The notes under the pieces are model-generated. The model searched no databases, was not told where the DNA came from, and worked only from the letters and a program-made list of their open reading frames with translations. 64,000 nt of DNA. Source: Caldilineaceae bacterium (GTDB taxonomy: Bacteria > Chloroflexota > Anaerolineae > Caldilineales > Caldilineaceae). Shown here piece after piece: positions 8,747-18,506 of this stretch (positions are counted from its first letter, which is position 1; every line of letters begins with the position of its first letter). The translations under genes were made by a program, and so were the position numbers. The stretch is from assembly GCA_019637685.1 (NCBI GenBank), contig JAHBVF010000015.1:7875-71874 (forward strand). Direction: 5' to 3'.

Positions 8747-10045
8747 CTACGCCGTGTCGGCATCCAAAGACAACACAGCGCTGTCATCATCATAGGCCAA
8801 TAGCTCGGCGTACCGTCCCCAGTTGACAATCGTTTCCAACTGTCGTGCTGCTTCTGGCGGCGGGAACTCCGATGCCAGGGCTGCCTGAATGACATCCCAG
8901 TCAAGCGCTTGCGCGCGCGCCGCCTGGATCAGCCCCAGTGCCCATTGGAAGACAGGCAGGCGCTGGATGCGGCTGGCAAATATCTCCTTGCGGGCCAGAA
9001 TAGAGGCTTCGGCAAAGGTCTCCCCCAGCGCGGTCAACGTGATATCGCCCGCTTGCACCGTGGCAAAACCCAAAAGCTCGGCCGCTTCCACCAGATTCAG
9101 CAGATCGTCGGAGTCCGGCCCCAGCTCCTCTGCCAGCCGGTAGATGTCTGCCTGCATCCGCGGCGCTGTGGTCAACCGTTCCAGCAGCGCGGCCAGATCG
9201 CTGATGACCACACGGGGCAGGCGGCGGGTTGGTCCTGGCTCGCCAGGGGCCGTGCCGATTTCCACAGCTTCCGGCTGGGTCTGGCCGGCCAGGATGGCGT
9301 ACACCTGATCCACCAGGGCCTGAAATTCGGCTGCCTTGCGCTGGCGCGGGTGGGCCAGGGGAACGGGCAGATCGGCAATGATGCGCCCCGGATTCTTATC
9401 CATAATCACAATACGGTCGGCCATAAAGACCGCCTCTTCGATATTGTGGCTGACCATTAGGATCGCTTTGGTGGGGATAAGTTTACCCGTCCACAGTTCC
9501 AGCAGTTCACCGCGCAGGGCCTCGGCGCTGAGAATGTCCAGTGCAGAGAACGGTTCGTCCAGGCAGAGCAGCTCTGGCTCATTGACGATGGCGCGGGCAA
9601 AGCCCACCTTTTGCCGCATACCGCCCGACAGTTCCCGGGGGTATGCGCTTTCAAAGCCATCCAGCCCCACGCGATCGATCGCTTCTTCGGCACGGACGGC
9701 GCGCTCAGCGGCAGGGATGCCTTTGGCTTTTAAGGCCAGGGCGACGTTTTCCAGCACTGTGAACCAGGGAAAGAGGGCGAAAGTTTGGAAGACAATGGTG
9801 GCGTGGGGATTGACACCGCGCAACGGCTGTCCCCGGTACAGGACTTCGCCCGCGGTGGCTGTTTGCAGGCCGGCAATAATGCGCAACAGCGTGCTTTTGC
9901 CGCAGCCAGACGGCCCCAGCAATGCCATAAACTCCCCTTCCTGCAGGGAAAGAGTTACATCCTCAATAGCCACAAAGCGCCGCGCGCCGCTTCCGTAGGC
10001 CATGGACACTTGGTTCACGTGCAAAAGCATCTGCGCTTCACCCAT
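8747..10045 (-). CDS. ABC transporter ATP-binding protein (NitT/TauT-type) with C-terminal extra domain
   Basis: Walker A GPSGCGKST, signature LSGGMRQKV, Walker B LLCLDEPFSALD. 432 aa. Confidence 0.85.
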   Translation of the reverse strand: MGEAQMLLHVNQVSMAYGSGARRFVAIEDVTLSLQEGEFMALLGPSGCGKSTLLRIIAGLQTATAGEVLYRGQPLRGVNPHATIVFQTFALFPWFTVLENVALALKAKGIPAAERAVRAEEAIDRVGLDGFESAYPRELSGGMRQKVGFARAIVNEPELLCLDEPFSALDILSAEALRGELLELWTGKLIPTKAILMVSHNIEEAVFMADRIVIMDKNPGRIIADLPVPLAHPRQRKAAEFQALVDQVYAILAGQTQPEAVEIGTAPGEPGPTRRLPRVVISDLAALLERLTTAPRMQADIYRLAEELGPDSDDLLNLVEAAELLGFATVQAGDITLTALGETFAEASILARKEIFASRIQRLPVFQWALGLIQAARAQALDWDVIQAALASEFPPPEAARQLETIVNWGRYAELLAYDDDSAVLSLDADTA

Positions 10046-10049
10046 TCGC

Positions 10050-11765
10050 TTACTCCATACGGTATTTTTCTTCGGCCAGATCGTACAGCGGTCGCCACAG
10101 CAGCCGGTTAATCAGGACCACGGCCAGCACCATAGCCAGGGTTGCCGCCAGCAGCAGGGCAAAGTTTCCCTGGGCTGTCGCCTGGGCAATGATAGCACCC
10201 AGGCCAGTCACCTGGAGCGTCTCGTCGTTGAACTCCACGTATTCAGCCACGATGCTGGCATTCCAGGCACCGCCGCTGGCTGTGATGGCGCCCGTCACCA
10301 AATAGGGAAACAGCGCCGGCAGCACCAACGTGCGCCAGCGGTCATAGCGGCTCAATTGCAGCAGAGCAGCCGTATGTTTCAGATCTTCGGGGATGGTGCT
10401 GGCCCCGGCAATGACGTTAAACAAGATATACCATTGGGTGCCCATCAGCATCAGCAGCACGGCTGCCAGCTCCAGCCCCGAAGGCAGGGCCAGCATAAAC
10501 AGCAGCAACACCGGAAACAGCGCCGTTGCCGGAATTGAGGCGGCGATCTGGCTCGTCGGCTGCAGGATGGCTGCCAGCCGACGGTTGGTGCCAATGGCAA
10601 CACCCACGGGAATCGTCCAGGCCAAGGCAAGCAGCAGCACCGCCAGAACACGCAGCAGCGTCGCGCCCACGCCCCAGGCAATTGTCCCCCACTGCGCCAG
10701 CGACAGGGTGAGCAGCATCTCCCCGGCGCGAAAAGCACCGACGAGCAGACCGCCGCCCAATAACAGCCACAGAACGATTTGCCACCAGGGCAGCGCTTTG
10801 GACAGGGGCGCGGTCGTTTTCATGGGGAAGCGCCGCGCCCAATAGCTGTCTACCCGCTCCATCACCGGCGCGACCAGGCGCGTGCGCAGCCAATGCGCCA
10901 GACGGGCACCGCGCCACACATCGTAAAACCAGGAAGTGGGCGGCGTGCTATCTTCGATCATCTCCACTTTGAAACGGTCGGCCCAGGCCAGCAGTGGCCG
11001 CCAGACAAGCTGGTCCAGCAGCACGATGACCAGAATGAGGGTGCCCAGTCCCCAGAAAACAGCCCGGAAATCGCTCTGGATGGCTGCTTCCTGCAGATAG
11101 GAACCCAGCCCCGGCAGGCGGAAGTCACGCTGGCCCACGGTGAACATCTCCGCTGCCATCAGAAAAAACCAGCCGCCCGCCCAGCTCATAATGCTGTTCC
11201 ACACCAGGCTGATGGTAGCAAAGGGCAGTTCCAACGTCTTAAAGCGCAGCCAGCTATTTAAGCGAAAGATTCTGCCGACCTCATGCAGCTCCCGGGGAAT
11301 GGTGGTCAGAGATTGGAACCAGGCAAATGTGAGATTCCACACTTGGCTGGTGAAGATGAGCACGACGGCAGCCAGTTCGGCGGCGATGGTTTCCGGCAGA
11401 ATAGCGCTGAGGCTCAGCAGCACCACGGGCAAAAAGGAGAGGATGGGCACGCTTTGCAGCACATCCAGCAGGGGCATCATCACCTGTCCGGCGCGGGGGT
11501 TGTAGACGGCAATGCGGCCATAGATCAGCGTGAACAGCAGCGAGAGGATGTAGGCGGCCGTCATGCGTCCCAGGGACAGGGCCGCGTACCAGGGCAGAGC
11601 CTGGGTTGCCAGGCTAATGGTTGGCCCGGTAACCACATCCGGCGCATTAAACGCCAGCCGCGCGCCCACGTAAAGAATAACCAGCACAACCAGCAAGGCC
11701 AATAGATCGCCAAGCCCAAAAGCTCGGCGTGCGGGAGGCGTGGAACCAAAGATCGTTTGCCGCAT
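10050..11765 (-). CDS. ABC transporter permease, duplicated permease domains (NitT/TauT family)
   Basis: 571 aa polytopic protein directly upstream of the ATPase on the same strand. Two repeated transmembrane blocks. Confidence 0.75.
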   Translation of the reverse strand: MRQTIFGSTPPARRAFGLGDLLALLVVLVILYVGARLAFNAPDVVTGPTISLATQALPWYAALSLGRMTAAYILSLLFTLIYGRIAVYNPRAGQVMMPLLDVLQSVPILSFLPVVLLSLSAILPETIAAELAAVVLIFTSQVWNLTFAWFQSLTTIPRELHEVGRIFRLNSWLRFKTLELPFATISLVWNSIMSWAGGWFFLMAAEMFTVGQRDFRLPGLGSYLQEAAIQSDFRAVFWGLGTLILVIVLLDQLVWRPLLAWADRFKVEMIEDSTPPTSWFYDVWRGARLAHWLRTRLVAPVMERVDSYWARRFPMKTTAPLSKALPWWQIVLWLLLGGGLLVGAFRAGEMLLTLSLAQWGTIAWGVGATLLRVLAVLLLALAWTIPVGVAIGTNRRLAAILQPTSQIAASIPATALFPVLLLFMLALPSGLELAAVLLMLMGTQWYILFNVIAGASTIPEDLKHTAALLQLSRYDRWRTLVLPALFPYLVTGAITASGGAWNASIVAEYVEFNDETLQVTGLGAIIAQATAQGNFALLLAATLAMVLAVVLINRLLWRPLYDLAEEKYRME

Positions 11766-11843
11766 AGAAATCTCGAATAGAAGCGCCAGGCACAGGGCGA
11801 ACAGACTTGGTTGCTCTACCGTCTGCGCTCTGTGCCGGACACT

Positions 11844-12305
11844 TTAGGTGTCTTGGCGTACCAGCAGTACAGGGATAGACGCCCGCTGCACCATATAATC
11901 GGCGGTGCTGCCCAGCACCCAACGTACAGGCTGTTTCCGGTCACGGGTAGCCATCACCAGCACGTCAAACGAGTCCCGCTGAATCAACGCCAGCAGCGAC
12001 TCACCCACATCGCCAGCTATCACCAGGCGTCGGGGCTGCGCTGCCGCCACTTCTGGCCGGGCCGCCACCTCCGCCAGATACACTTGGGCATCCTCTTGCA
12101 TTTGGCCCTGGATGATAGACCATGTCTCGACATCGGTCATGCTGTACATGGCAGGCGGCACAATGGCTGACGGCGCGACACGGACCAGCGTGAGCGTACC
12201 ACCGGAGAGGCGGCACAGTTCCAGCGCGTAGGGAATGGCTTCCTCGGCCACCGACGATCCGTCTAAAGGAACGAGGATTCTTTGATACATACTTTCCTCT
12301 CCCAT
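11844..12305 (-). CDS. universal stress protein (UspA family)
   Basis: ILVPLDGS...A...YA N-terminus and C-terminal GSTADYMVQRASIPVLLV nucleotide-binding-like motif. Confidence 0.8.
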   Translation of the reverse strand: MGEESMYQRILVPLDGSSVAEEAIPYALELCRLSGGTLTLVRVAPSAIVPPAMYSMTDVETWSIIQGQMQEDAQVYLAEVAARPEVAAAQPRRLVIAGDVGESLLALIQRDSFDVLVMATRDRKQPVRWVLGSTADYMVQRASIPVLLVRQDT

Positions 12306-12330
12306 CTGGTGTCTTCTCGATAATCGGTGA

Positions 12331-12403
12331 TGAACACGAAACCTGTCAGGTGCGCCTGCCAGCTTCTCTGCTGGGTAATCTTCCCGACTGGCGCACCTGA
12401 CAG
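12331..12403. promoter_or_regulatory. long-range hairpin (15-bp stem CCTGTCAGGTGCGCC / GGCGCACCTGACAGG, ~37-nt loop) in USP leader / downstream of small membrane ORF
   Basis: Inverted repeat read directly. Confidence 0.4.
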
Positions 12404-12451
12404 GTCTTTCTTCCTGATATTGCGGAGATACTCTGTCTGTTCAAGACAATC

Positions 12452-12637
12452 CTAACTACGGAATTCTGGTCCGTTCGGCTTTATTTTAACCGGAACGGGT
12501 TGTAGTTTGGTCTTGGCCTGTTCTTCCTGATGCCGCTTCCACAGGATGGGGGCCAGGCACATTACCAAAAACAAGCTGCTGTTCAAGACAAGAGATACCC
12601 ATACCCAAAATGGCGCTTCAGCGATTGTCATTATCAA
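12452..12637 (-). CDS. small hydrophobic membrane protein
   Basis: 61 aa with two predicted TM segments (FWVWVSLVL..LFLVMCLAPIL). No homolog recognised. Confidence 0.35.
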   Translation of the reverse strand: MIMTIAEAPFWVWVSLVLNSSLFLVMCLAPILWKRHQEEQAKTKLQPVPVKIKPNGPEFRS

Positions 12638-12671
12638 ACTCCTTCTATAACTGCTTGCGTTTCAGGGCTGG

Positions 12672-12950
12672 TCAGCCCAATTCTAAGGAGCCGCTCGTTC
12701 CGTCATCACCATCAAACCACTTAAGCTCAATCTCAAGGCTGTGTTGTACACCCTTGGCCCGTTTATCTTCATCCTCCACCTGAACTTCAAGGACGAGATT
12801 GGCTGGAATAGTCAGTGTAAGCTCTTCCTGGCCCTGGCGCAAAATAACCTGCCCGTTTCCGATCTTATCGGCGATTTGATGCAAAAACTGGCTCACCTCG
12901 GAACGACTCCGCCGTTCTTCGCTTTTGAACAATCTGGTCTCTCTACTCAT
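12672..12950 (-). CDS. amphi-Trp-like domain protein
   Basis: Start at MSRETRLFKSEERRSRSEVSQFLHQIADKIGNG (AAAGGAG RBS 7 nt upstream). Pattern matches amphi-Trp family small proteins. Confidence 0.5.
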   Translation of the reverse strand: MSRETRLFKSEERRSRSEVSQFLHQIADKIGNGQVILRQGQEELTLTIPANLVLEVQVEDEDKRAKGVQHSLEIELKWFDGDDGTSGSLELG

Positions 12951-13002
12951 TTTATTGCTCCTTTCATACGCACCATTCCATCCAACGTGACGCGCCTTGG
13001 GC

Positions 13003-13347
13003 CTAGCCCGCGGCTTCAAACTGTTCCAATGCTTCCAGGGCCTGGCTGCCGTACACAACAGAAGGTCCGCCGCCCATCAGTATGGCTACGCCGATGGTTT
13101 CCACAATTTCTGCATGGCTGGCACCAGCGCCTATGGCGTCATGGACGTGGAAAGCGATACAGCCGTCACAGCGCACAGTAATGGCAATGCCCAATGCGAT
13201 CAACTCCTTTACCTTGGCGCTCAGGACGCCGTCGGCCACCGCGTTTTGGTGTAGCTGGCCGAATCCACCCATCGTGCCAGGAATCTCGCCGCCCAATTTG
13301 CCCATGGATTGTTTCAAATGTTCGTAATACTCAGGATACTGTTTCAT
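13003..13347 (-). CDS. carboxymuconolactone decarboxylase (AhpD-like) family protein
   Basis: ELIALGIAITVRCDGCIAFHVHDAIGAGAS: CxxC..H motif characteristic of the CMD/AhpD family. Confidence 0.8.
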   Translation of the reverse strand: MKQYPEYYEHLKQSMGKLGGEIPGTMGGFGQLHQNAVADGVLSAKVKELIALGIAITVRCDGCIAFHVHDAIGAGASHAEIVETIGVAILMGGGPSVVYGSQALEALEQFEAAG

Positions 13348-13739
13348 CTTTCCTGCTCCTTTGCCTGGGTTTGAAGAATAGTATTCGGCAACGACTCGGT
13401 TGTGCCGCCTTTCAACAGAAATGCATCTGCCCCGGCCGCCAATGCCTGTTGACGGTATTGGGGATGGATGGTCAGGATAATGACTTTGACTTCCGGCAGT
13501 TGGCTTTTGATACGCCGTGTGCCTTCCAGTCCATCCATTTTTGGCATCTGTATGTCCATCAAAACCACATCGGGAAGGTGAGTGGTCGCTAAATCCACTG
13601 CTTCTTGTCCATCGGCTGCCTCGCCCATGACTTCGATTCCGGGAATACGCGCCAGCAGTGCTTTGAGACCCTGCCGCGCTGCCCGCTTATCGTCTGCGAC
13701 CAGGACACGCACCTTGTGGTTACCAGTGTTGTTCATCAT
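13344..13739 (-). CDS. single-domain response regulator (CheY-like receiver)
   Basis: VLVADD...D...DVVLMDIQMPKMDG...K conserved receiver residues. 131 aa. 4-nt overlap with downstream gene. Confidence 0.85.
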   Translation of the reverse strand: MMNNTGNHKVRVLVADDKRAARQGLKALLARIPGIEVMGEAADGQEAVDLATTHLPDVVLMDIQMPKMDGLEGTRRIKSQLPEVKVIILTIHPQYRQQALAAGADAFLLKGGTTESLPNTILQTQAKEQER

Positions 13740-13781
13740 ACTTCAAGCATACTCGTATATGTAGTATCTGTCGTCGGCCAG

Positions 13782-13847
13782 GTGTTGATCTTGACCTCAA
13801 CAAAAAAGACCGCCGGCGGCGGTCTTTCTCCACAAGTGTTGATGAGG
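13782..13847 (-). terminator. intrinsic terminator inside conserved dispersed element (copy B)
   Basis: GACCGCCG-GCG-GCGGTC hairpin followed on minus strand by TTTTTTGTTGAGG. ~75 nt downstream of the LuxR-type response regulator stop. Confidence 0.6.
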
Positions 13848-13921
13848 CTCTTGTTGTGACAAGAATGTGCTCGCTCCAGCAGCGGGCGCTTTTGTTCGCA
13901 TAGCCAAATTATTGGAAGATA

Positions 13922-14605
13922 TCATCCGTCATGGGATTCAGCATCATCTTCCAGTGTAGTCAGCCCTGCGCGCAGGGCGTATAACGTGGCCTGCACCCGG
14001 TTGGCGAGGTGCAGTTTGCTCAAGATATTGCTGACGTGCGTGCGGATGGTCACTTCAGCCACGGTGAGCTGTTGGGCCATCTGTTGGTTGGTTAGCCCTT
14101 TGGCGACCAGCTGCAGTACCTCCAATTCGCGCTCAGTCAGTGGATCGGGGCCGGCTGCCGGGGGCGTGGCAGGGGGGCGGCTCAATTCTTGCAGAACTTT
14201 GCGGGCAATGCTGGGGTGCAGCGATGGCTCGCCCCGATATACCTGGCGAATGGCCCGGATCAGATCTTCCGGGTCCGCGTCCTTCAGCATATAACCCAAC
14301 GCACCCGCTTTAATCGCCGGGAACACTTTGTCATCGGCGGCAAAGCTGGTCAGGGCCAGGATGCGGCTGTCGGGCTGGCTGGCGGTGATCAGGCCGATGG
14401 CTTCAATGCCATCCATCTCCGGCATCATCAAATCCATCAAAATCACATCCGGCTGCAGGGCTGCCGCCTGCACGACCGCTTCTTTGCCATTGCTGGCCTC
14501 GCCCACAACTGCAAAATCGGGGATTCGCTCCAACAAAGCACGGGTTCCTTTGCGGACTATACCGTGGTCGTCTACGATCAAAACACGAATAGGGGTTTGT
14601 GTCAT
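13922..14605 (-). CDS. LuxR/NarL-family DNA-binding response regulator
   Basis: Receiver domain (VLIVDDH..D..DVILMDLMMPEMDG) plus C-terminal LuxR HTH (LTERELEVLQLVAKGLTNQQMAQQLTVAEVTIRTHVSNIL). Confidence 0.9.
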   Translation of the reverse strand: MTQTPIRVLIVDDHGIVRKGTRALLERIPDFAVVGEASNGKEAVVQAAALQPDVILMDLMMPEMDGIEAIGLITASQPDSRILALTSFAADDKVFPAIKAGALGYMLKDADPEDLIRAIRQVYRGEPSLHPSIARKVLQELSRPPATPPAAGPDPLTERELEVLQLVAKGLTNQQMAQQLTVAEVTIRTHVSNILSKLHLANRVQATLYALRAGLTTLEDDAESHDG

Positions 14606-14663
14606 TCAATCACCTGTTATACGGCTCTCTGAACGCTGCTCATTTTTAGAACACTGCTCATTT

Positions 14664-16472
14664 TTAACTGTCTATTGTGACACGCAGTCTTGTACCCTGC
14701 CCGGGCGTGCTTTGGACAAGCAGATGGCCGCGGATTTTCTCGACCCGTTCCTGGATACCGCGCAGGCCCATACCGCCGCTGTGGACAATGCCTGTGCTGA
14801 GCGAATCCGATGGGGCCATATCGAAGCCCACGCCATCATCCTCTATTTCCAGACAGACCTGGGCTTCATCAAAACGCAGGGAGACATTGACCTGTCTGGC
14901 GCGGGCGTGTTTGACCACATTCGTGAGAGCCTCCTGGGCAATGCGGTACAGTTCATTCTCCAGCGCCAGGGGCAAGCGTCTTTCGCCTGTTACCCGAAGC
15001 GTCGCACCAACCCCCGAACGTTCCTCAACAGCATCCAGGCGCGTTTGCAGGGCAGTCACCAACCCCTCTTCCTCCAAGACAGGCGGACGCAGCTCGAAAA
15101 TGAGCAGCCGCATATCGAGCATCGCTTCACGGGCCATCGCCCGCAGTTCACTCAGATTCTCGGCCACGATGTCTAATTCCCCGTCATTTAAGGCCAGGCG
15201 GGTGGCGTCGGCGTAGAGAGTGACGCTATAGATGGCCTGGGTGACGGAGTCGTGTAATTCACGGGCAATGCGGCTGCGCTCGTCGGCCACGGCTGTTATC
15301 TGCGCCTGTTGGTAAAGTTCAGCATTGTGCATGGCAATGGCAGCCTGGTCGGCAAAGGCTTGGGCCAATTGGGCGTCCTTTTTTGTATAATGTCCAATCT
15401 CGCTATGCGCCAGGCTCAACATGCCCACCACCCGGCCACGGACGACAAGGGGCACGCCCATCCAAGAGCAAATGTAGTCAAAAGCCATCTCTAAGGGAAC
15501 GCCGCTGGCTGATTCATAGGCTTCGACCAATGCTTTGTCTTGGCGCACATCTGACAAAAAAACCGGCTGTTGCGTCTCAAGCATATCTTGAATCGTGGCA
15601 ATACGTGCCGGTTGATAGTTGACCTTCATCTGTGCTGTCAGCGGGTCTGGGCGGCGGCTGGCTTGCATGACCAAAACATCCTTCTGCAACACCTGGATGG
15701 CCGCGCCGCTGTAATCGATCACTTTCTTTAATTGATCCAAAATCAACAGCAGGAGGGGTTCCAGATCGAGCGTGGAGATGATGCTGTGGGACACTTCGCG
15801 CAGGGCTGTCAGTTCATGGGTGCGCTCGGCCACACGTTGTTCCAGCGTGTGCTGCGCCATCACGCGATCCGTGATGTCTATGATGAATCCCTCGACCGCT
15901 TGTGCAGCCCCGTCTGCTGCATAGACACCTTGTCCCTGTTCCCAGACCCATTTTTCCTGGCCAACCGCCGTGATAATCCGATAGGTCAGGCGGAAAGAAT
16001 CGCCCATTTGCAAAGCGCGCTGTGTCTGTGTCCATATTTCATCCCGTTCGGCAGGATGGATTAGCTGCGTCCAGGCGATGGTTCTGTTGTCAAGCAGGTC
16101 TTCCGGCTGATAGCCGGTCAAGGCAGCACAGCCTTCGCTGACAAAAGTCATCGTCCAGTCGCGGTCGTTTCGGCTGCGGTAGGCCATACCGGGCAAATTA
16201 GCCATGAGCATGGACAAGCGTCGCTGGCTTTCCGCTAAGGCAGCTTCTATCTGTCGGTGGCGCAGCAGTTCCTGGCGTAGTAGATAATAGATGAGCAGCG
16301 TAGTAACGACGACAAAACTCAACCCTTTGAGCGTTTGCCAGGTCGTCAATAGAGCCAGTTTGGGGATGAGGGCTTCCAACACGCGATCAGAAAAAAAAAT
16401 CCAGAGGGCGGCAACAGCCGTATAGATCAGGCTTATCCGCAAAGCCGCTCTGTGTACTGTTGAATTTCTCAT
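14664..16472 (-). CDS. sensor histidine kinase with PAS and GAF domains (HisKA_3/NarX-type)
   Basis: N-terminal TM segments; PAS- and GAF-like segments; H-box ERSRIARELHDSVTQ; HATPase_c motifs (NVVKHA... DDGVGF... GMGLRGIQERV). Confidence 0.85.
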   Translation of the reverse strand: MRNSTVHRAALRISLIYTAVAALWIFFSDRVLEALIPKLALLTTWQTLKGLSFVVVTTLLIYYLLRQELLRHRQIEAALAESQRRLSMLMANLPGMAYRSRNDRDWTMTFVSEGCAALTGYQPEDLLDNRTIAWTQLIHPAERDEIWTQTQRALQMGDSFRLTYRIITAVGQEKWVWEQGQGVYAADGAAQAVEGFIIDITDRVMAQHTLEQRVAERTHELTALREVSHSIISTLDLEPLLLLILDQLKKVIDYSGAAIQVLQKDVLVMQASRRPDPLTAQMKVNYQPARIATIQDMLETQQPVFLSDVRQDKALVEAYESASGVPLEMAFDYICSWMGVPLVVRGRVVGMLSLAHSEIGHYTKKDAQLAQAFADQAAIAMHNAELYQQAQITAVADERSRIARELHDSVTQAIYSVTLYADATRLALNDGELDIVAENLSELRAMAREAMLDMRLLIFELRPPVLEEEGLVTALQTRLDAVEERSGVGATLRVTGERRLPLALENELYRIAQEALTNVVKHARARQVNVSLRFDEAQVCLEIEDDGVGFDMAPSDSLSTGIVHSGGMGLRGIQERVEKIRGHLLVQSTPGQGTRLRVTIDS

Positions 16473-16547
16473 GCTGATTAGCCGCGCATGGGTTGGTGGT
16501 GGCCAGGATTGTGGGGGCGGCTAATTGTGCCGCCCGCCAAAAATATG

Positions 16548-16589
16548 CAGACAGGGGGGCATAGCAATGCGGCTATGCCCCCCTGTCTG
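16548..16589 (-). terminator. intrinsic terminator: 18-bp perfect stem CAGACAGGGGGGCATAGC / GCTATGCCCCCCTGTCTG
   Basis: Perfect inverted repeat with 6-nt loop. On minus strand followed by ATATTTTT. Immediately downstream of the 16603..16833 minus-strand ORF. Confidence 0.6.
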
Positions 16590-16602
16590 TCATCTGTCAT
16601 TC

Positions 16603-16833
16603 TCAAGATCGCCAATAATTGTTTGCTGCAGCGATTGTTTGGAAGTTGATGGCCACGACTTGGGATGCGGCTGTCAGCGAATCTGCGGATTCAGCATAAT
16701 CGGGGCGCAGTTTCTTCAACACCTCAACATCTGGCTGCGTGTACTTGACACCACGGCGGCTGAGGGTGATGGCCAGCTCAAAACCTTCCTGTGGCGTTTC
16801 TGTCTGGAGGGTGGTTAACCATAGGTCACTCAT
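16603..16833 (-). CDS. hypothetical protein
   Basis: 76-aa ORF followed by a strong terminator. No recognisable family. Confidence 0.4.
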   Translation of the reverse strand: MSDLWLTTLQTETPQEGFELAITLSRRGVKYTQPDVEVLKKLRPDYAESADSLTAASQVVAINFQTIAAANNYWRS

Positions 16834-17001
16834 AAGAAATGCTCCTTTTGTAGACCATTAGATTCTGACTGCATTATTACCACCTGTTTATCCTACTTTA
16901 AGTGGCCTCAATTTGGCAACCCCATGCGCTCTCTGGATGCAGCAACACGCGGCCTGGGGTTTGCTGCCGATCAATACCGGTGGACCCATCCAAGGATATT
17001 C

Positions 17002-17109
17002 CTATCTTTTCAACCGTTTCCGCCATGTCATGGCAACGACCAGAAAGACGGCCATTGCGAACACAATGCCCAGAACAATCAATATCTCTAACACAGTGAA
17101 AACAGCCAT
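17002..17109 (-). CDS. small membrane protein (35 aa), not in ORF track
   Basis: MAVFTVLEILIVLGIVFAMAVFLVVAMTWRKRLKR. ATG preceded by AAGGAGGA 6 nt upstream. Single TM plus basic C-tail. Lies just downstream of the DUF2179 gene on the same strand. Confidence 0.45.
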   Translation of the reverse strand: MAVFTVLEILIVLGIVFAMAVFLVVAMTWRKRLKR

Positions 17110-17159
17110 TGCTATCCTCCTTGGCTTCCCAACTTCGTCAGTCATGTGATGTGTATAGG

Positions 17160-17699
17160 CTATTTAGCCAATCGGCCATAGCCCCGGTCCACCCGCCGCA
17201 TATCATCAACCGTCACAAATGCGTCCGGATCAACTTCAGTGATCAAGGTCAGGACCGCGGGCTTTTGCTTGCGTGTCACAACAATACCGATCAGCGATAC
17301 CGGACCGGATTGACCGAGCGCCGGCAGTTCAGTCGCGCCATAGCCCGCTTTGCGCACTTGTGACACAATCTCTGCCCCTTTCTGCAGCGAAACGACCCGT
17401 ATATCCACGCTGCCCATCGCCAGCCCATTCTCCAGATACATGCCAATATATGTGCCGGTGGCAAAGCCGCCACTGTAGGCCAGGATATTCCACAGGTTGT
17501 TCAGATTGGACATAACCTGGCTAATGGCAACGACCCAGATTGTCACCTCGACAAAACCGATGAGCACGGCCCATTTACGCATTCCACGCATGATCATTAG
17601 CATGCGTATTGTGCCCATAGAAACATCGACAATGCGTAGACAAAAGATGAGCAGCATGACTGCTAATACTTGCAGGTCGAGTGAAGGTATTTCAAACAT
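17160..17699 (-). CDS. DUF2179 / UPF0316 (YitT-like) membrane protein
   Basis: 179 aa: N-terminal TM helices and C-terminal DUF2179-like region (LIGIVVTRKQKPAVLTLITEVDPDAFVTVDDMRRV). Confidence 0.65.
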   Translation of the reverse strand: MFEIPSLDLQVLAVMLLIFCLRIVDVSMGTIRMLMIMRGMRKWAVLIGFVEVTIWVVAISQVMSNLNNLWNILAYSGGFATGTYIGMYLENGLAMGSVDIRVVSLQKGAEIVSQVRKAGYGATELPALGQSGPVSLIGIVVTRKQKPAVLTLITEVDPDAFVTVDDMRRVDRGYGRLAK

Positions 17700-17855
17700 A
17701 TTTATCGGTACATACCCCTGTGAGAGCCAATACCAACAGAGCAGCCCTGCTGGTTACAGGCACCTTAATTGGTTCATATTTGCCATCTTTTTATCTCCGT
17801 AACCTCTGGAGCAGCATCTTTACTGTACGAGAAATCATCTTACTTGTCGTCGGCA

Positions 17856-17920
17856 GGCTGATGATTTCTGTCTCAACAAAGGCGACCATCCAAAGGCGGC
17901 CTCCTCAACAATTGATGAGA
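17856..17920. repeat. degenerate copy C of the terminator-containing dispersed element
   Basis: Shares TGTCGTCGGCAGG...TGATGATTTCTGTCTCAACAAA...CTCCTCAACAATTGATGAG flanks with copies A and B, but the central hairpin is degraded. Confidence 0.45.
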
Positions 17921-18156
17921 GCCGTTATCAGACTGGCAAAAGCCGTCATCACCAATCGCAAACGGGGGAGGGGGCGAAGAGCTACAGGTTGGAAGGGTCT
18001 GGTGATTTGTTGAGGCTACTGAGAACAGAGAATGATCCACGAAGCCACACGAAGTTGCACGAAGAATTTCGCGGAGTGTCACGCATTCAGCGCCAGTATG
18101 TGTGTCCACCTACGGCAGGGCGGACTTCTCGCCATATCAAAGTTGTGGCTCCCTCT

Positions 18157-18210
18157 GGGGCATTATTTCACTCTGTATAATGTAAATTATACAGAGTGAA
18201 ATAATGCCCC
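18157..18210. other. 23-bp perfect-stem palindrome GGGGCATTATTTCACTCTGTATA-loop-TATACAGAGTGAAATAATGCCCC
   Basis: Read directly. Sits in an ~800-bp AT-richer intergenic region ~300 nt upstream of the histidine phosphatase gene. No flanking T-tract. Confidence 0.5.
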
Positions 18211-18506
18211 AGACCCCGGTCCTGGGAATGCAGCCCCAATCCCTGCCCCCTGCTGCGCGCTGACCGATTTTTCGGCTGTAACCGAAGCGTGCAGATCATT
18301 GGCGACCAGCACAAGGATTGTGTGGCGAAAATCCAAGCTGCACCGGCTGTGCCACGAAGAATCTGCTGCCCAGTCGCAGCCCCAGCACCAATCTCCCGGC
18401 TTTTCCAGGCAACTTACCACCTGTCCCATTTGGCCCTCTCCCCTGCTTTCGGGTAGTCTATACTCCGGTTGAATCATCCATCCACCAACCGCAAGGAGCC
18501 AATGAA

